From positions 87,711 to 151,710 of the forward strand of contig JAGVFW010000013.1 in NCBI GenBank assembly GCA_020057405.1: DNA of 64,000 bases, read 5' to 3'. Made by a program: the position numbers and the translations under genes. This DNA comes from an archaeon. GTDB lineage: Archaea; Micrarchaeota; Micrarchaeia; Norongarragalinales; UBA97. The notes under the pieces are model-generated. The model was not told the origin of the DNA, did not search any database, and was given only the letters and a program-made list of their open reading frames with translations. Every line of letters starts with the position of its first letter. The stretch's first letter is position 1. Shown here piece by piece: positions 36,801 through 46,105 of this stretch.

Positions 36801-39800
36801 CCGTTATACGTGCCGGCATCAAAGGCGTAAGGCACGGTGGCATTCACCGCCACAAGCGCGGTCGAAGCGCCGGCCAGGTTGGTGACGTTGCCGAAAAGCT
36901 CGACTAAAAACGGAATGCCGCTGATTTCGTAGGTGATGTTGGTCAAGTTGCCGCTGCCGTCCGAGCGGAGGGTGAAGTTGGTGACTGTTGTGGTGTACCC
37001 GCTTGGCGCATTGCCCGTCAGGTTGGCTTCGGTCGTGTTTAAGCGGAAGTTGGCAGTGACGTTGGCGATTATTTCGGTAGTGTTGGTGCGATTGCCAATC
37101 TGTTGGTCAAGCCAAGTGGCGGTTGCGTTGACCGTGTAGTTCCCCTCGGTCGTGCTGTTTGCGATGGTTACGTTAAGCGTCCTCACGCACGAAGTGCCGA
37201 TGGCGATGTTCCCGCAAGTGTACGCGGTTGCGTTGACCGTCCACAGCGGGGGCAATTGGAACGTGAGATTGGCGGCATAGGCGGTTACGTTCCCGTCGTT
37301 AGTCGCGTTTATCAAAAGCGTGAAGGTAGGGTTGTCGTACGTAGTGACGTTGTCGACCCGCACGTAAGTTGGCGTCACCTCGACGCTTACGTTCGTCCCG
37401 CTCACTATAACCTGTACTGGGAGCGACGCGTTGACTCCGCTTGCCGTGCTTACGTTAAGGACGCCGTCGTAAGTTCCAGTCGGGAAGCCTGCGGGCACGG
37501 TGACGTTGACCGACACGGTGACGATTACGGTTGGTCCGATTGACGAGAAGTTGGCGGGCGTGAAGTTGAATGTGAACTGCGTGAAGTTGGTGGTGCTAAA
37601 GGTCACGTTAAGGAGAAAATCGTTGCCGGTAGCATTCACCGTGAAGTTTCCGATAAACCTCGTAGAGCCGGGCGGGATGAACCCGCTTAAGCCGGCGGTG
37701 GAAACGGCAATCTGCGGGTTTGAAGTAACGTTGACGGTCATGTTGGTGGCGTTGTAGCCCACCGAGCCGTTGGCTTCGCCCCAGGACGCGTTGAATGTGA
37801 GGAAGTAAAGCCCGGGACTGGTGTTTGCCGGCACGGTGACGTTGAATGCAGAGAGGCAGTGTCCCGTGATGTTGATATTCCCGCACGAGACGATCGTGGC
37901 GTTTGCGCTCCAGCCCGCAGGCAAGAGCAGGCTGACGTTAGCCGCCCGCGCGGAGGCAAACCCGTCGTTGCTGAGGTTGACTGCGGCCACGAAACTAGCG
38001 CTGTAAACTTGGCTGATGTTGTAGACCGTGTCGTTGGCGGGGGTGGCGTTAATGGCGAGGGTGGTCGTGGGTGCCTCGCTACTAAACAAATCGCTTGCCG
38101 TGCCGTTGTTGTCAAAGCGGGCGGCGCTGCACGTGAGGTTAAATATGCTTGGCGAGTTCCCGGCCCCGAAAGTCACGAGGTAAGTGCCGTTTAGGTAGTC
38201 TGTGACGTTGCTTGGCGCAACCATAGTCCCGTTGAAGATGCACGATACGTTTGAGGACGGGATGTAGTCGTCCAGCCTGTAGTTTCGTACGACGACCGTC
38301 GCGTTTACTTGCCTGCCGGTAAGGCCGAGCGGGTTTAGCACGACGACTGCCAGGTTGTAGAGGGCAGTCACGTTGAAGAGAGTTGAGTTGGCGCTGACTA
38401 GTATGCTCGTGCCGTTAAACACCCGCACCGTCAGGTTCCAGATTCCTACGGCGGACGCGTTGGCGAGGGTGAAGTTATTCGTGAACACGCGGTCGCTTGC
38501 GGTAATGTCGCCGTGGCTGCCGTCGTCGTAGAGCGTGAAGTTGAAGTCATCGCTTGCGTCAAGGGGCGTGCCGTTGTCGACAGTCGCGTTTGCGCTTGTG
38601 GCAAGCGCATAGGTGTCGTTGGTTACGTTTGCCAGCACAACCACGATTTCCCCGCGGTTGAATATCGAGTAGTTTACTCGCGCCAGTACGGTCGCGTTCC
38701 AAGCGTCGGTTCCCGAGACTACGATGTCCTTTTGTTGACCTAGTGCCAAGCTTAGGTCCTGCAGGTTATTCACATTCGAGCCCGTGTCGTTGAACACCTC
38801 AACTGCCTCATCGTAGATGCTGCCCCCTGCCGGGATTGTCGAAGTATTCAAGTTGATGCCGGCTATGCCAAGGCCGTTGTCGAAAGCTGCGCTGAAGTTG
38901 GCGATGAAGGACTGGTTGACCTGCAGGATGCTGGCTTCCCGGTTTCCGAACTCGTCAGTCCCCCATACCCATGGCGCGGGAGCGCTGTAGTTGACGTCAT
39001 ATTGATAGGTGGATCCAAATGCCTGCAGTATGCCCAGGGCAAGGGCAGTCGCGTTGGTAGAGCTGCGCACAATCGCCGCTCCTGCCGTGTTTGAGTAGTT
39101 CTGCGTCACGCGCACCCATGTGAGGTTCTCGTAAAAGTAATAGCGCTTGACGAGGAAACCCTGGCCGGTCTTTCTGTCGGGGTCGTTGTAGTAGGTTTCG
39201 TTCACCCGCTGCTCGACCACCATCCTGACTGGCCCACTGTAGACTAAGGTGGCGTTGTTCCTAAAGTCAAACGAGAAATTGTGCGTGCCGTTAGAGTACT
39301 TCTGGAATTCGATTGTTCGGGCCGTCGGGTCGGGTTCGTCAATCGCGAAGAACTGCCCGCCCGTAGCGCCCTGCACGCGGTAGAGGCCGGACGAGTTCTC
39401 GCCCCGAGACGTGTCAACGTAAAAGCGCATGAGCGTGTTGTTTACGTTAAACTCGTCCGAGTAGTTGACGTAAGCCAGGTTCGACGAGTAGCTCACGGTG
39501 GGCTTAATCCCCGTGCGGTTTGAGTCAAAGTAGACGAAGAACCTGCGCAGCGTGTTGGCCTGCGTGCTTCCGTTCATTTGGAACGAAAGAGTGCCAACTG
39601 CGTTGCCTGCGTCGGCATAACCCGAAGCCCGGTCAAACTGGAACGGCACTTGCCACAACCGCCTGCCGGCAGCGTTGTATTCGAGCACGCGCACGGACAG
39701 GTTGTCGAAAGTGTCGTTGTCGCTCTTCTGGGCAAGCAGTTGCGTGAAGTTTAAGTCAAGTTCGACTGGCCAGTAGTCGCGCATTACTGGCGCCGCAGTG

Positions 39801-39916
39801 ACTGAAACAGAAAGCCGGTAGTGCCACGAGGCGTTGTACCAATCGTCAACTGCGCTTGCGCTTGAAGCGAGCGCGAAAAGCGCGATTATTGCCACTAGCA
39901 GCACGCGATTCCTCAT
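33803..39916 (-). CDS. 2037-aa surface glycoprotein: DUF2341-like N-terminus, many Ig/CARDB-like domains, TM and a SHOCT-like tail
   Basis: Signal peptide; WYNASWHYRL…; LYDDGSHGD motif; dense NxS/T sequons; TM near the C-terminus; GSISRAAYDELR. Confidence 0.85.
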   Translation of the reverse strand: MRNRVLLVAIIALFALASSASAVDDWYNASWHYRLSVSVTAAPVMRDYWPVELDLNFTQLLAQKSDNDTFDNLSVRVLEYNAAGRRLWQVPFQFDRASGYADAGNAVGTLSFQMNGSTQANTLRRFFVYFDSNRTGIKPTVSYSSNLAYVNYSDEFNVNNTLMRFYVDTSRGENSSGLYRVQGATGGQFFAIDEPDPTARTIEFQKYSNGTHNFSFDFRNNATLVYSGPVRMVVEQRVNETYYNDPDRKTGQGFLVKRYYFYENLTWVRVTQNYSNTAGAAIVRSSTNATALALGILQAFGSTYQYDVNYSAPAPWVWGTDEFGNREASILQVNQSFIANFSAAFDNGLGIAGINLNTSTIPAGGSIYDEAVEVFNDTGSNVNNLQDLSLALGQQKDIVVSGTDAWNATVLARVNYSIFNRGEIVVVLANVTNDTYALATSANATVDNGTPLDASDDFNFTLYDDGSHGDITASDRVFTNNFTLANASAVGIWNLTVRVFNGTSILVSANSTLFNVTALYNLAVVVLNPLGLTGRQVNATVVVRNYRLDDYIPSSNVSCIFNGTMVAPSNVTDYLNGTYLVTFGAGNSPSIFNLTCSAARFDNNGTASDLFSSEAPTTTLAINATPANDTVYNISQVYSASFVAAVNLSNDGFASARAANVSLLLPAGWSANATIVSCGNINITGHCLSAFNVTVPANTSPGLYFLTFNASWGEANGSVGYNATNMTVNVTSNPQIAVSTAGLSGFIPPGSTRFIGNFTVNATGNDFLLNVTFSTTNFTQFTFNFTPANFSSIGPTVIVTVSVNVTVPAGFPTGTYDGVLNVSTASGVNASLPVQVIVSGTNVSVEVTPTYVRVDNVTTYDNPTFTLLINATNDGNVTAYAANLTFQLPPLWTVNATAYTCGNIAIGTSCVRTLNVTIANSTTEGNYTVNATATWLDQQIGNRTNTTEIIANVTANFRLNTTEANLTGNAPSGYTTTVTNFTLRSDGSGNLTNITYEISGIPFLVELFGNVTNLAGASTALVAVNATVPYAFDAGTYNGSIYINSSQGGNRNLSLSITVPANLTWILNQTECVKFESPDIGVACVVQINNTGNTQINFTVTPAGVNFTNATNATFSLDKQTSFDLAFTYNVSGVPKINRNSTYVINTTPAGTPNTRTVVVALTTFSSITSNVTVVPNFTQAGNNVTIGLNVSDDNLVGIANAVANITMPNGTVVVINLSFVDIVTGGPTNVSRWYGNYSGTQLSGTYTALALSLDNVGSNGSAAANFTIFANLSSDLFTLKDTYSVGEVASIYFAARGTGREPLAPSNVTISVRNNNSVVIFIQNYVSANSPIEPLPQFTISNDQAPGTFTLSANVSYYDTVSNTTFVESKNYSFQVVNGSSGSSGVVADVNTIEVWSPGDNATFLITVKAANGTFVPADSLNLTAYSTGGQTLFSVQTSALTIVSTGVYSYSYTLSQNTPTGNYFAQVNATYGSAFTKAFDLFTISASLHAELETDVVWYPDNTMTFAIALTDSQGGPIDATAMNLTILDNDRNIYLTVFLPNFTHRDTGLYLFSYTMPSNTAIGGYTAMLNATANNRSTITNKDFRVSSGGPFDVIIAIPNPEVSPGQYLDFTLTLQNMGDVSQDVTVDYWVSDGTRTWFSASELLFVPSQGLKTFPRSAFIFSNQPLGPYTVHVRVTYDLQKPPLEGEKSFQVRAATSSGSVGGGGGGGGEVVTPTPGILLPVATPPPYSAIEIIDYPNEILVEKGDTKFPKVTVRNTGLMALHNLQLVVSGIPSSWVEVQPAKLNVLASGDQEDFLVHISVPFSAPAGVRPIRFIALADEKKADKTSQIAIFESRAALIEYEVRRLDEKIAQITKDARSAQLLGKNVDAVWKTLEEAKNYTELAKSGLQDGLVDDALGNVRIAEVLVSKAAGLLIAAGFQAPSAEQGIAPLTVLAIIGFTILATAAGIYIYRRRQQIERALPQAAKTTEKVVEVVSVKSKEDLQEEEERISRAISLLEEELRQGSISRAAYDELRRRNDARLKKVRDLLNQQK

Positions 39917-40308
39917 TTCTTTTCTCCGTTCGAATGGTACCTAAACGACCCGCGGTTCCCCTGATGGCCGAGTATGCCCGTCTTTAGAAACGACTTGTAA
40001 AGCGCAGGATAAAGCGAAGTGCCCCTATAGTTTACGCTGCGGCTGTGAAGTTCCGACTTTATTTCCGCAAGCGAGCGGGGTTTTTCAAAGAAGCCGGACG
40101 ACAGCAGGGACTCAAGCGCAGCCTTAAGCGAGCCGCGTGGTGCTGGGGGGGCCGAATCAAAGTCAAGCTGTTTAATTGCAACCGAGACTGCCTCGGGCGA
40201 GCCCTCAAGCTCAACAGAGCCGCTTGACAGGTGTACCTTTGCGCGGACAATTAAGTCACTCAAGCAGTTCGCAACCCCGATTAGTAATATTAGGGAATAT
40301 GTTAGCAA
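39913..40308 (-). CDS. winged-helix domain protein (start uncertain)
   Basis: GFFEKPRSLAEIKSEL…TSLYPAL; ATGA-coupled to the 2037-aa gene. Confidence 0.7.
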   Translation of the reverse strand: MLTYSLILLIGVANCLSDLIVRAKVHLSSGSVELEGSPEAVSVAIKQLDFDSAPPAPRGSLKAALESLLSSGFFEKPRSLAEIKSELHSRSVNYRGTSLYPALYKSFLKTGILGHQGNRGSFRYHSNGEKK

Positions 40309-40529
40309 TATGTCTTTGTCGCGCTGTTCGGAATTGCTGTCCGCCTCTTTTCATACTAGGGGAACGGCTTTTGCTTTTTAAAGCTTTTTGCTGGCGTGTT
40401 CCTGCAGAAAATTCTAGACATAATGACATATTGCGTCTTTAGGGAGGGGGGTGATAGCCAGCTGGCGCCACTCGCAACCACTTGCTTTTATTTCACCCTC
40501 CGCCATAATCGCATTCGGTGCATCGTGCC

Positions 40530-40745
40530 ATGGGCTTGTTTGACGGACTTTTGAAAATGGCTTCCAGTACCTTTTCCTACAGGGACAAGAAGGGCCGCGT
40601 GTGGTTCCTGCACGAGAAAATGTCGCGAAGCGGCGTGATGCTGCATTACTTTTCCAAAGACCAACAGGACGGCGTCGCCATGCCTGATGGCTTTTTCGTC
40701 ATCGAGAGCGAAAAGACAGGCCTTCCCGTGCTCAAAAGAATGTGA
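40530..40745 (+). CDS. small conserved-looking hypothetical beta protein
   Basis: YRDKKGRVWFLH…YFSKD…PDGF…TGLPVLKR. Confidence 0.7.
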   Translation: MGLFDGLLKMASSTFSYRDKKGRVWFLHEKMSRSGVMLHYFSKDQQDGVAMPDGFFVIESEKTGLPVLKRM

Positions 40746-41803
40746 GTGTGCATCAAAGCCCCATGCGTCTTTCCCCAGCCCTTCTCGTACTTCTTGCGCT
40801 CGTCTGCATTGCGCGGGCGGCAAGCCCGCTTGACGAAGCTTCGTTTTACGCATACCCGGACGAAAAACCAAGCATCGTACCCCTGCCGTTCAACAACACT
40901 CTTTACTACCTCGTCATTTCAAACAACTCGCCTGTAGCACTCTTCTTTCCCAACGGCACGTCATTCGTCAGGGTCACCGACTACGACGTGCTAAGCGCAG
41001 TGTTTGCGTCAAACGCGTCAGTCATCCAAGCCGCAACAAACTACTCTGCACAAGCGGCCGCCGACTACGCCATCCGCCAGACCGACCGCGCACAGTACGC
41101 CTTTAAGCGACAAGCGCGTTTCCTGCGGGAAACCAAGCTAAAGTCCCTAGCCGACAGTTGGGCAAACGTCTCCCGCGACTATTCCGTCCCCCGCAACCTC
41201 AAATTGCCAGTGATGGACACCTACCTTCAAACCATGAAGGAAACGCTTGACGCAATAGCCGCGTCAAAGACGCTTGAGGCCTCCCAGCGATACGCCGCAC
41301 AGTTCGACATCTACTACGGCCAGGCAATTGCCCTCTACCGCGCCTACCTCGCCGTCCTGCCAGACTACCGCAAAAGCGCAGTCTCGCTAATCAACGCCAC
41401 ACAATCAATAGACGCCGCGCTAAAACGCGGCGTGATAAGCGCGACTGAAGCCGAAGCCGCCCGCCGCGACAAGCTTTCCATCGAGGCCGACCTCGTCGGG
41501 GCCGAAAACCAGATGATAAACGGCAAGCCCTTCTTTACCGACACGCCCGAACTGCTCGCCAGCATTTCTGCAAACGCCACGCGCATAACCGCGCTAAACA
41601 AACGCAAGCGAACCGACAACACCGGGCTCTACGTTGCCGCCATCCTAGCGTTCGTCTGCATCGCCGCAATCGCTTACTTCTTCCGCACCCGCATTGCAGA
41701 ATTCCTCTCGGGCCAAAAAGAGGAAGTGACGGGGGAGTTCTCAGAAAAAATCGGCAAGCTCATGAACAAGCTCTCCAAAGTCGAGCAAGAAGGGGAAAAG
41801 TAA
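40742..41803 (+). CDS. secreted helical protein with a C-terminal membrane anchor
   Basis: Signal peptide, coiled-coil body, TM and charged tail. Confidence 0.75.
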   Translation: MSVHQSPMRLSPALLVLLALVCIARAASPLDEASFYAYPDEKPSIVPLPFNNTLYYLVISNNSPVALFFPNGTSFVRVTDYDVLSAVFASNASVIQAATNYSAQAAADYAIRQTDRAQYAFKRQARFLRETKLKSLADSWANVSRDYSVPRNLKLPVMDTYLQTMKETLDAIAASKTLEASQRYAAQFDIYYGQAIALYRAYLAVLPDYRKSAVSLINATQSIDAALKRGVISATEAEAARRDKLSIEADLVGAENQMINGKPFFTDTPELLASISANATRITALNKRKRTDNTGLYVAAILAFVCIAAIAYFFRTRIAEFLSGQKEEVTGEFSEKIGKLMNKLSKVEQEGEK

Positions 41804-41830
41804 TTGCCCGGGCGTGTTGCACTAGCCGGA

Positions 41831-42097
41831 CTATTCCTGCAGCTGCTGCCATAACCCGCGTTTTTTGAGCAACAACTCGCGCGCAACCGACTGTAGCACG
41901 GTGCTAAACCGCAGGGCCTCGTCGGGGCTCATGCGGAATCCCACGTTCCCGACGCTGTTGTTGAGCCTAACCGTGAGCAACCCGTCCCTTGGAAAGCCTT
42001 TCACCATTTGCGGGCCCTCGCTTTCCAACCCCAGGCTTGAGCGGTGCGTCTCGCCCTTGTCGTCCTTGTACCAGTGGACGATTTCGTCCTCAATCAT
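41831..42097 (-). CDS. hypothetical protein
   Basis: 88-aa ORF filling the gap; protein-like composition. Confidence 0.65.
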   Translation of the reverse strand: MIEDEIVHWYKDDKGETHRSSLGLESEGPQMVKGFPRDGLLTVRLNNSVGNVGFRMSPDEALRFSTVLQSVARELLLKKRGLWQQLQE

Positions 42098-42265
42098 CGC
42101 ATTCCAATCTCCCTGTCGTGCCGTTTCCCCATCTTTTGGCCTGACCCGCTTTCTTCACAACAACAAAACCGCCCCCGATTAATAGCCGCTTTCGCCAGTG
42201 GCTTGCCGGGGTTGCCGGGGCCTCCGCGGCCTTTAAATTCCCGCCCGAAAACAGTTTTGTTGCAT

Positions 42266-43843
42266 ATGTTCCGCAACCCGCTCCGCCGTCTTTCCAACCT
42301 GTTTGCGCGTTCAAAGGGCGACCGGATGCAAATCCCGCAGGCAAAGCCGCCACTCAAGGACAACCCCGAGGCCGGCCAATCCCCTCCGCCCAATGCGAAG
42401 CAGAAAATAGTCATCATCAGTGCAGGCGGCACGCCACTTCAGGAAGTTACTCATGGCGTGCTTAGTAGCCGGCCATTTGACGCTGACGTCAAACGCCACA
42501 AGCAGCTAACTAAATTAGTGCGAAAACTTCGGGAAGGCCCGAAGCGGCAAACTGCAGGGGCGGAACTTGCCGAAATTGAGAAAGAACTTGCACCATTCCG
42601 CGTCAGTCTGGAAGAAAAGCTGGCCCCCATCCTCGACCCCCTGCGCAAGCAATACGATTTTGAAATCATCGACTTGTTCCGGGCGGAGGGCGACGAGTTC
42701 CGCGGAGGCGTCGACTCGAATGAGATGGACATGGCGCGCACGAAAAAACTCGCCGAGACAATAGTGCATTACCAAAACGACGATTCTGTAAGCGGCATAG
42801 TCGGCATTCACGGCACTGACACCATGCCGGAAACGCTGATGGAACTAGAGTACGCGATAAAAAACCTCAAAAAGCCAAACGTCCTTACCGGCGCGCAATA
42901 CCCCATGTTTGACGATCCCCGGTTTGCAAATCCCGATCCCCAAAATTCCAAGCCTTCAAACCCGTTCAAAGCGTTTGAGAAGAATCTCAAGCGGTCGATA
43001 ACGCTGGCCGCTGCGGATAATTTCAACCGCAACGCAATATGCTTTGGCTACGCGACCGGGGATACGAACCGCAACTACGTCATAGGCGCGCGCAACGCGG
43101 AGAAGGAGAGCGCCGAGTCACAGAATGCGTTTTTGCATCCCGATGCAACTATTTATGGCCGCGTTGCCGTCAAGCACGGCTTCACTCTTGGAAACGACCC
43201 GTATGAGCGGGAGAATCCTATTCTCATGAGGCAGCTGGCTCAGTGGGTGAAGTTAGAGCCCAATTACGACGCGCCAACCACGCTGGACTTCAAGTTCGCA
43301 GGCGGAGTCAAAAAGCGCGACATATACAAGCAGCACGTCGACCTCCCAATTTTCGCCAGGGGGTTAGTCCTCGGCCTTCGGCCAAAGGGCAACGCGCCGG
43401 CGGAAGTGGCGCGTCGGCTGAAATGGCGGTCGCGCTTCTACCCTCTCATCGCAACTTCGCATACCAAGGGCAAAGTCAGCCTCATCGGCATGTCTCCCGA
43501 AGGCAGCCATTTTTCCTACGACGCCGGAAGCGGGGTCCTGGCGGCAGGCGCGCTTCCCTCAGGTGGGCACACTCCCCTCTCTGCCCTAAAGCGCCTGTCC
43601 TACATCCTCGCACACAACCAACAAATCAAGTCTTTTGCGAAGCGCTCGAAGCTCAAGTACCGTTCCCTGCGGGACGCGCTTTACCTCTCCGGCGGCCAGT
43701 TCGACAACGACGAGATAAAGCGGGCCCACGCAGAAGCCCTCAAGCTGCCCATAACCGAGCAAGACCTGCTAGTGCACATCCCCTTCGAACAGGCCCTTTC
43801 CATCATTGCGAAGCGCCTTCGCAGCCCGCGGCTGAAAATCTAG
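42266..43843 (+). CDS. divergent L-asparaginase/GatD-like amidohydrolase
   Basis: SAGGT, HGTDTM, LTGAQ, EK…NAF; TATA tttaaat about 30 nt before ATG 42266. Confidence 0.8.
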   Translation: MFRNPLRRLSNLFARSKGDRMQIPQAKPPLKDNPEAGQSPPPNAKQKIVIISAGGTPLQEVTHGVLSSRPFDADVKRHKQLTKLVRKLREGPKRQTAGAELAEIEKELAPFRVSLEEKLAPILDPLRKQYDFEIIDLFRAEGDEFRGGVDSNEMDMARTKKLAETIVHYQNDDSVSGIVGIHGTDTMPETLMELEYAIKNLKKPNVLTGAQYPMFDDPRFANPDPQNSKPSNPFKAFEKNLKRSITLAAADNFNRNAICFGYATGDTNRNYVIGARNAEKESAESQNAFLHPDATIYGRVAVKHGFTLGNDPYERENPILMRQLAQWVKLEPNYDAPTTLDFKFAGGVKKRDIYKQHVDLPIFARGLVLGLRPKGNAPAEVARRLKWRSRFYPLIATSHTKGKVSLIGMSPEGSHFSYDAGSGVLAAGALPSGGHTPLSALKRLSYILAHNQQIKSFAKRSKLKYRSLRDALYLSGGQFDNDEIKRAHAEALKLPITEQDLLVHIPFEQALSIIAKRLRSPRLKI

Positions 43844-43892
43844 ATTTCCCTTTGCCTTTTCGAAGCGGTTTTAAACGCTGTTAGCGTAATGA

Positions 43893-44228
43893 ATGCACAG
43901 TCAGTGGGTGGGGCAAATGTTGGGGGTTAACGAGGTTGTCAGGTTCGGCGCGCTAGCCGCGCTATTTGCCTTCGCGTTTCTGCTCTTCCTAGCCTACCGC
44001 CAGCAAAAGGAGGCTCTCGCCCGCCTTCGCGACGTGAAAGTCAGGCTCGATCGCCTCTCGACGCTCGTCGAGGCGCTAGGGGAGGAAAAAAAGGTAATCG
44101 CCGGCCAGATTGACAAGAAAGTCGAGCGCCACTCGCTCTCGGCAATCCTCGAGCAGACTGTTGACGCCCTTTACACTGCAATGCCGAAGCCCGAAGTTGC
44201 GGTAGTCCGCGCCCGGCAAAAAAGATGA
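43893..44228 (+). CDS. single-TM coiled-coil protein
   Basis: N-terminal TM followed by heptad repeats. Confidence 0.7.
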   Translation: MHSQWVGQMLGVNEVVRFGALAALFAFAFLLFLAYRQQKEALARLRDVKVRLDRLSTLVEALGEEKKVIAGQIDKKVERHSLSAILEQTVDALYTAMPKPEVAVVRARQKR

Positions 44229-44234
44229 TAAAAA

Positions 44235-44519
44235 ATGGCTGAAGAACTTAGCGCAGAAGCGCTCATTTTCCTCGTCGTCTTCCTAATCGCTACTTTCTGG
44301 GTCGTGCGCCTCTTCATGAAACTAAACCGCGAAGTGCGCGAAAAGACCGACAAGATAACCGAGAAGATGAACGAGCTCGAGCGCGAGTACGTCGGCATCA
44401 AGCCCGAGCTGGCGGAATTGCGTGCCATGCTTGACGCCCGCGTCGACTACTCGTTTCTCGAAAAGAAGCTCCACGAGCTAGTCGTCATGGTAATGGACAG
44501 AACGAAGTCAAGGCGCTAG
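44235..44519 (+). CDS. single-TM coiled-coil protein (possible paralog of the previous gene)
   Basis: Same layout; LDARVDY vs IDKKVER. Confidence 0.7.
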   Translation: MAEELSAEALIFLVVFLIATFWVVRLFMKLNREVREKTDKITEKMNELEREYVGIKPELAELRAMLDARVDYSFLEKKLHELVVMVMDRTKSRR

Positions 44520-44548
44520 TTTTTTCCTGCGGATTTAAAGCGCCCCCT

Positions 44549-46102
44549 TCACTTCTTGTTTCCCCTGAACCGTTTCTCGATGCCGGCGGCGATTTTGTCG
44601 ACTTCCTCGCCGATGCCCTTGGCGATAGATGCCCCTTCCTTTTCGCCCTTGCCTATCTTTCTAGAGTAGTGCCCTATTGCGATTGCAACTATTGCTGCGA
44701 TGAGCAGGAGCAGCAGGTTGATCCAAATCGTCATCCATAAAAGCTGGAAGCTGACTGGGGCCGAGTCTTTCGAGATACCTTCGTAGACGTCGGCAAAGAC
44801 GTTTGCAGTGAGCGTATAAGTGCCCTGCGAGGGCGGGTTGGGCCACAAGAGCTGCACCGTCCGAGCTTCTCCAGCCGGGACATTCATGACGTCGCTTGGC
44901 CGAAGCACTGCTACCGCCTGGTTTTGCGAGTCAATCACGCGCACGACGAGGTTAAGTGGGATTTCGATGTTGCCGTTGTTGCGCACCGTTGCCTTGATTG
45001 TTACCGGCGGGGCGGGCTTCGGAGTTCGCAACTGGTCGGCGAGGTCAAAAATGACTGCGTGGCCCGTGCTTGTTCCGAACAAGTCTGCGTAGTCGGGGTA
45101 AATGTCCTCCACTTCGAAAGTGTAGTTTGGCAACGGCGCCTGGTATCCGCGCAGCACGTTTAGCAGGTCTTCGCGCACGAAGGACGCCCCCGCGTTGGGC
45201 TTTATTTTCGTGAGCTTGACGATGAAGCGCACGCCGGCCGCGGTCTTTAGCACTTCGCCCGCGTTTATCACGCTCTGCCCAACCCCGACGACCACTTCCT
45301 GGTGCGTCTGGTTTAAGAGTGTGGCAAGCTGGGCGAGTGAATAGACGCTGACTTCGGGCACGACGTAGACGGGGTACTCGTGCGAGTAAAGCAGCGTGTT
45401 TTCAAGCACCTCGCCGGTTGTCACCAGGCTTTGCGAGCCCGGCGGCTTTATCTTGAAAGCGAATTCGTTGACCTTTCGAGTTGTCTCGAACTCGTCGCGG
45501 CCCCTGATGAAAGTCACGTCGAGGTCGGCTAACTGCCTCATGCGCGTTTCCTCGATGTTGCCAACGACGATGACCCGCCTGACGCCAACCTGCCTCATCG
45601 CATCGATGACGTCCTGCTTGGGGCCTAAAGTTCCTTCGCTTGGCACCATCGCGGCTCCAAGCGTGCGTGCGAGGTAAGTCGAGGAGATTGCGTCGAGGGC
45701 AAAGTCGTCGCGCGTTATTATGACTGTCTTCGGCCTCATTTTCTGAAGCAAGAGTATTGCCAGGTCATGGTGGTCGACGTATGGTGCGGCCTTGACGCTC
45801 AGGCCAACCGAGCGCAGGCTTATCGTAAGGGCAGGCAGTTCGCTCGTCCGCTTGTAGTAGAGGAGCGCTTCGCTCACGCGCAGGCCGTAGACTTCTTGGA
45901 CGAGCGTGCGCAAGTCCTCGTTTCCAAGGATGTACTTGAACTTGTAGCCTTCAGCATACGAGTACTGGGCCGCAATCACCGCGTCCTGCCAGGCCGGGGA
46001 GTTGAGCACGACTACGGCCGTAGCAGTGTTGGCAGTCTGGGCCGAGGCGAAGCTAGCTGCAGTAATCAAGAGGAACAAAAATGCAAAGGCACGCCGTATC
46101 AC
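44549..46102 (-). CDS. surface protein with cell-wall-binding-2-like repeats, a CARDB/Ig domain and a TM
   Basis: IRGRDEFETT, DDFALDAISSTYLA, ATVRNNGN; signal peptide and C-terminal TM. Confidence 0.7.
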   Translation of the reverse strand: MIRRAFAFLFLLITAASFASAQTANTATAVVVLNSPAWQDAVIAAQYSYAEGYKFKYILGNEDLRTLVQEVYGLRVSEALLYYKRTSELPALTISLRSVGLSVKAAPYVDHHDLAILLLQKMRPKTVIITRDDFALDAISSTYLARTLGAAMVPSEGTLGPKQDVIDAMRQVGVRRVIVVGNIEETRMRQLADLDVTFIRGRDEFETTRKVNEFAFKIKPPGSQSLVTTGEVLENTLLYSHEYPVYVVPEVSVYSLAQLATLLNQTHQEVVVGVGQSVINAGEVLKTAAGVRFIVKLTKIKPNAGASFVREDLLNVLRGYQAPLPNYTFEVEDIYPDYADLFGTSTGHAVIFDLADQLRTPKPAPPVTIKATVRNNGNIEIPLNLVVRVIDSQNQAVAVLRPSDVMNVPAGEARTVQLLWPNPPSQGTYTLTANVFADVYEGISKDSAPVSFQLLWMTIWINLLLLLIAAIVAIAIGHYSRKIGKGEKEGASIAKGIGEEVDKIAAGIEKRFRGNKK

Positions 46103-46105
46103 ACC

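Noticed and set aside
40441-40502. GGAGGGGGGTGA…TCACCCTCC hairpin between divergent genes
   Set aside because: A single short stem with no recognisable riboswitch or ncRNA consensus; insufficient support.
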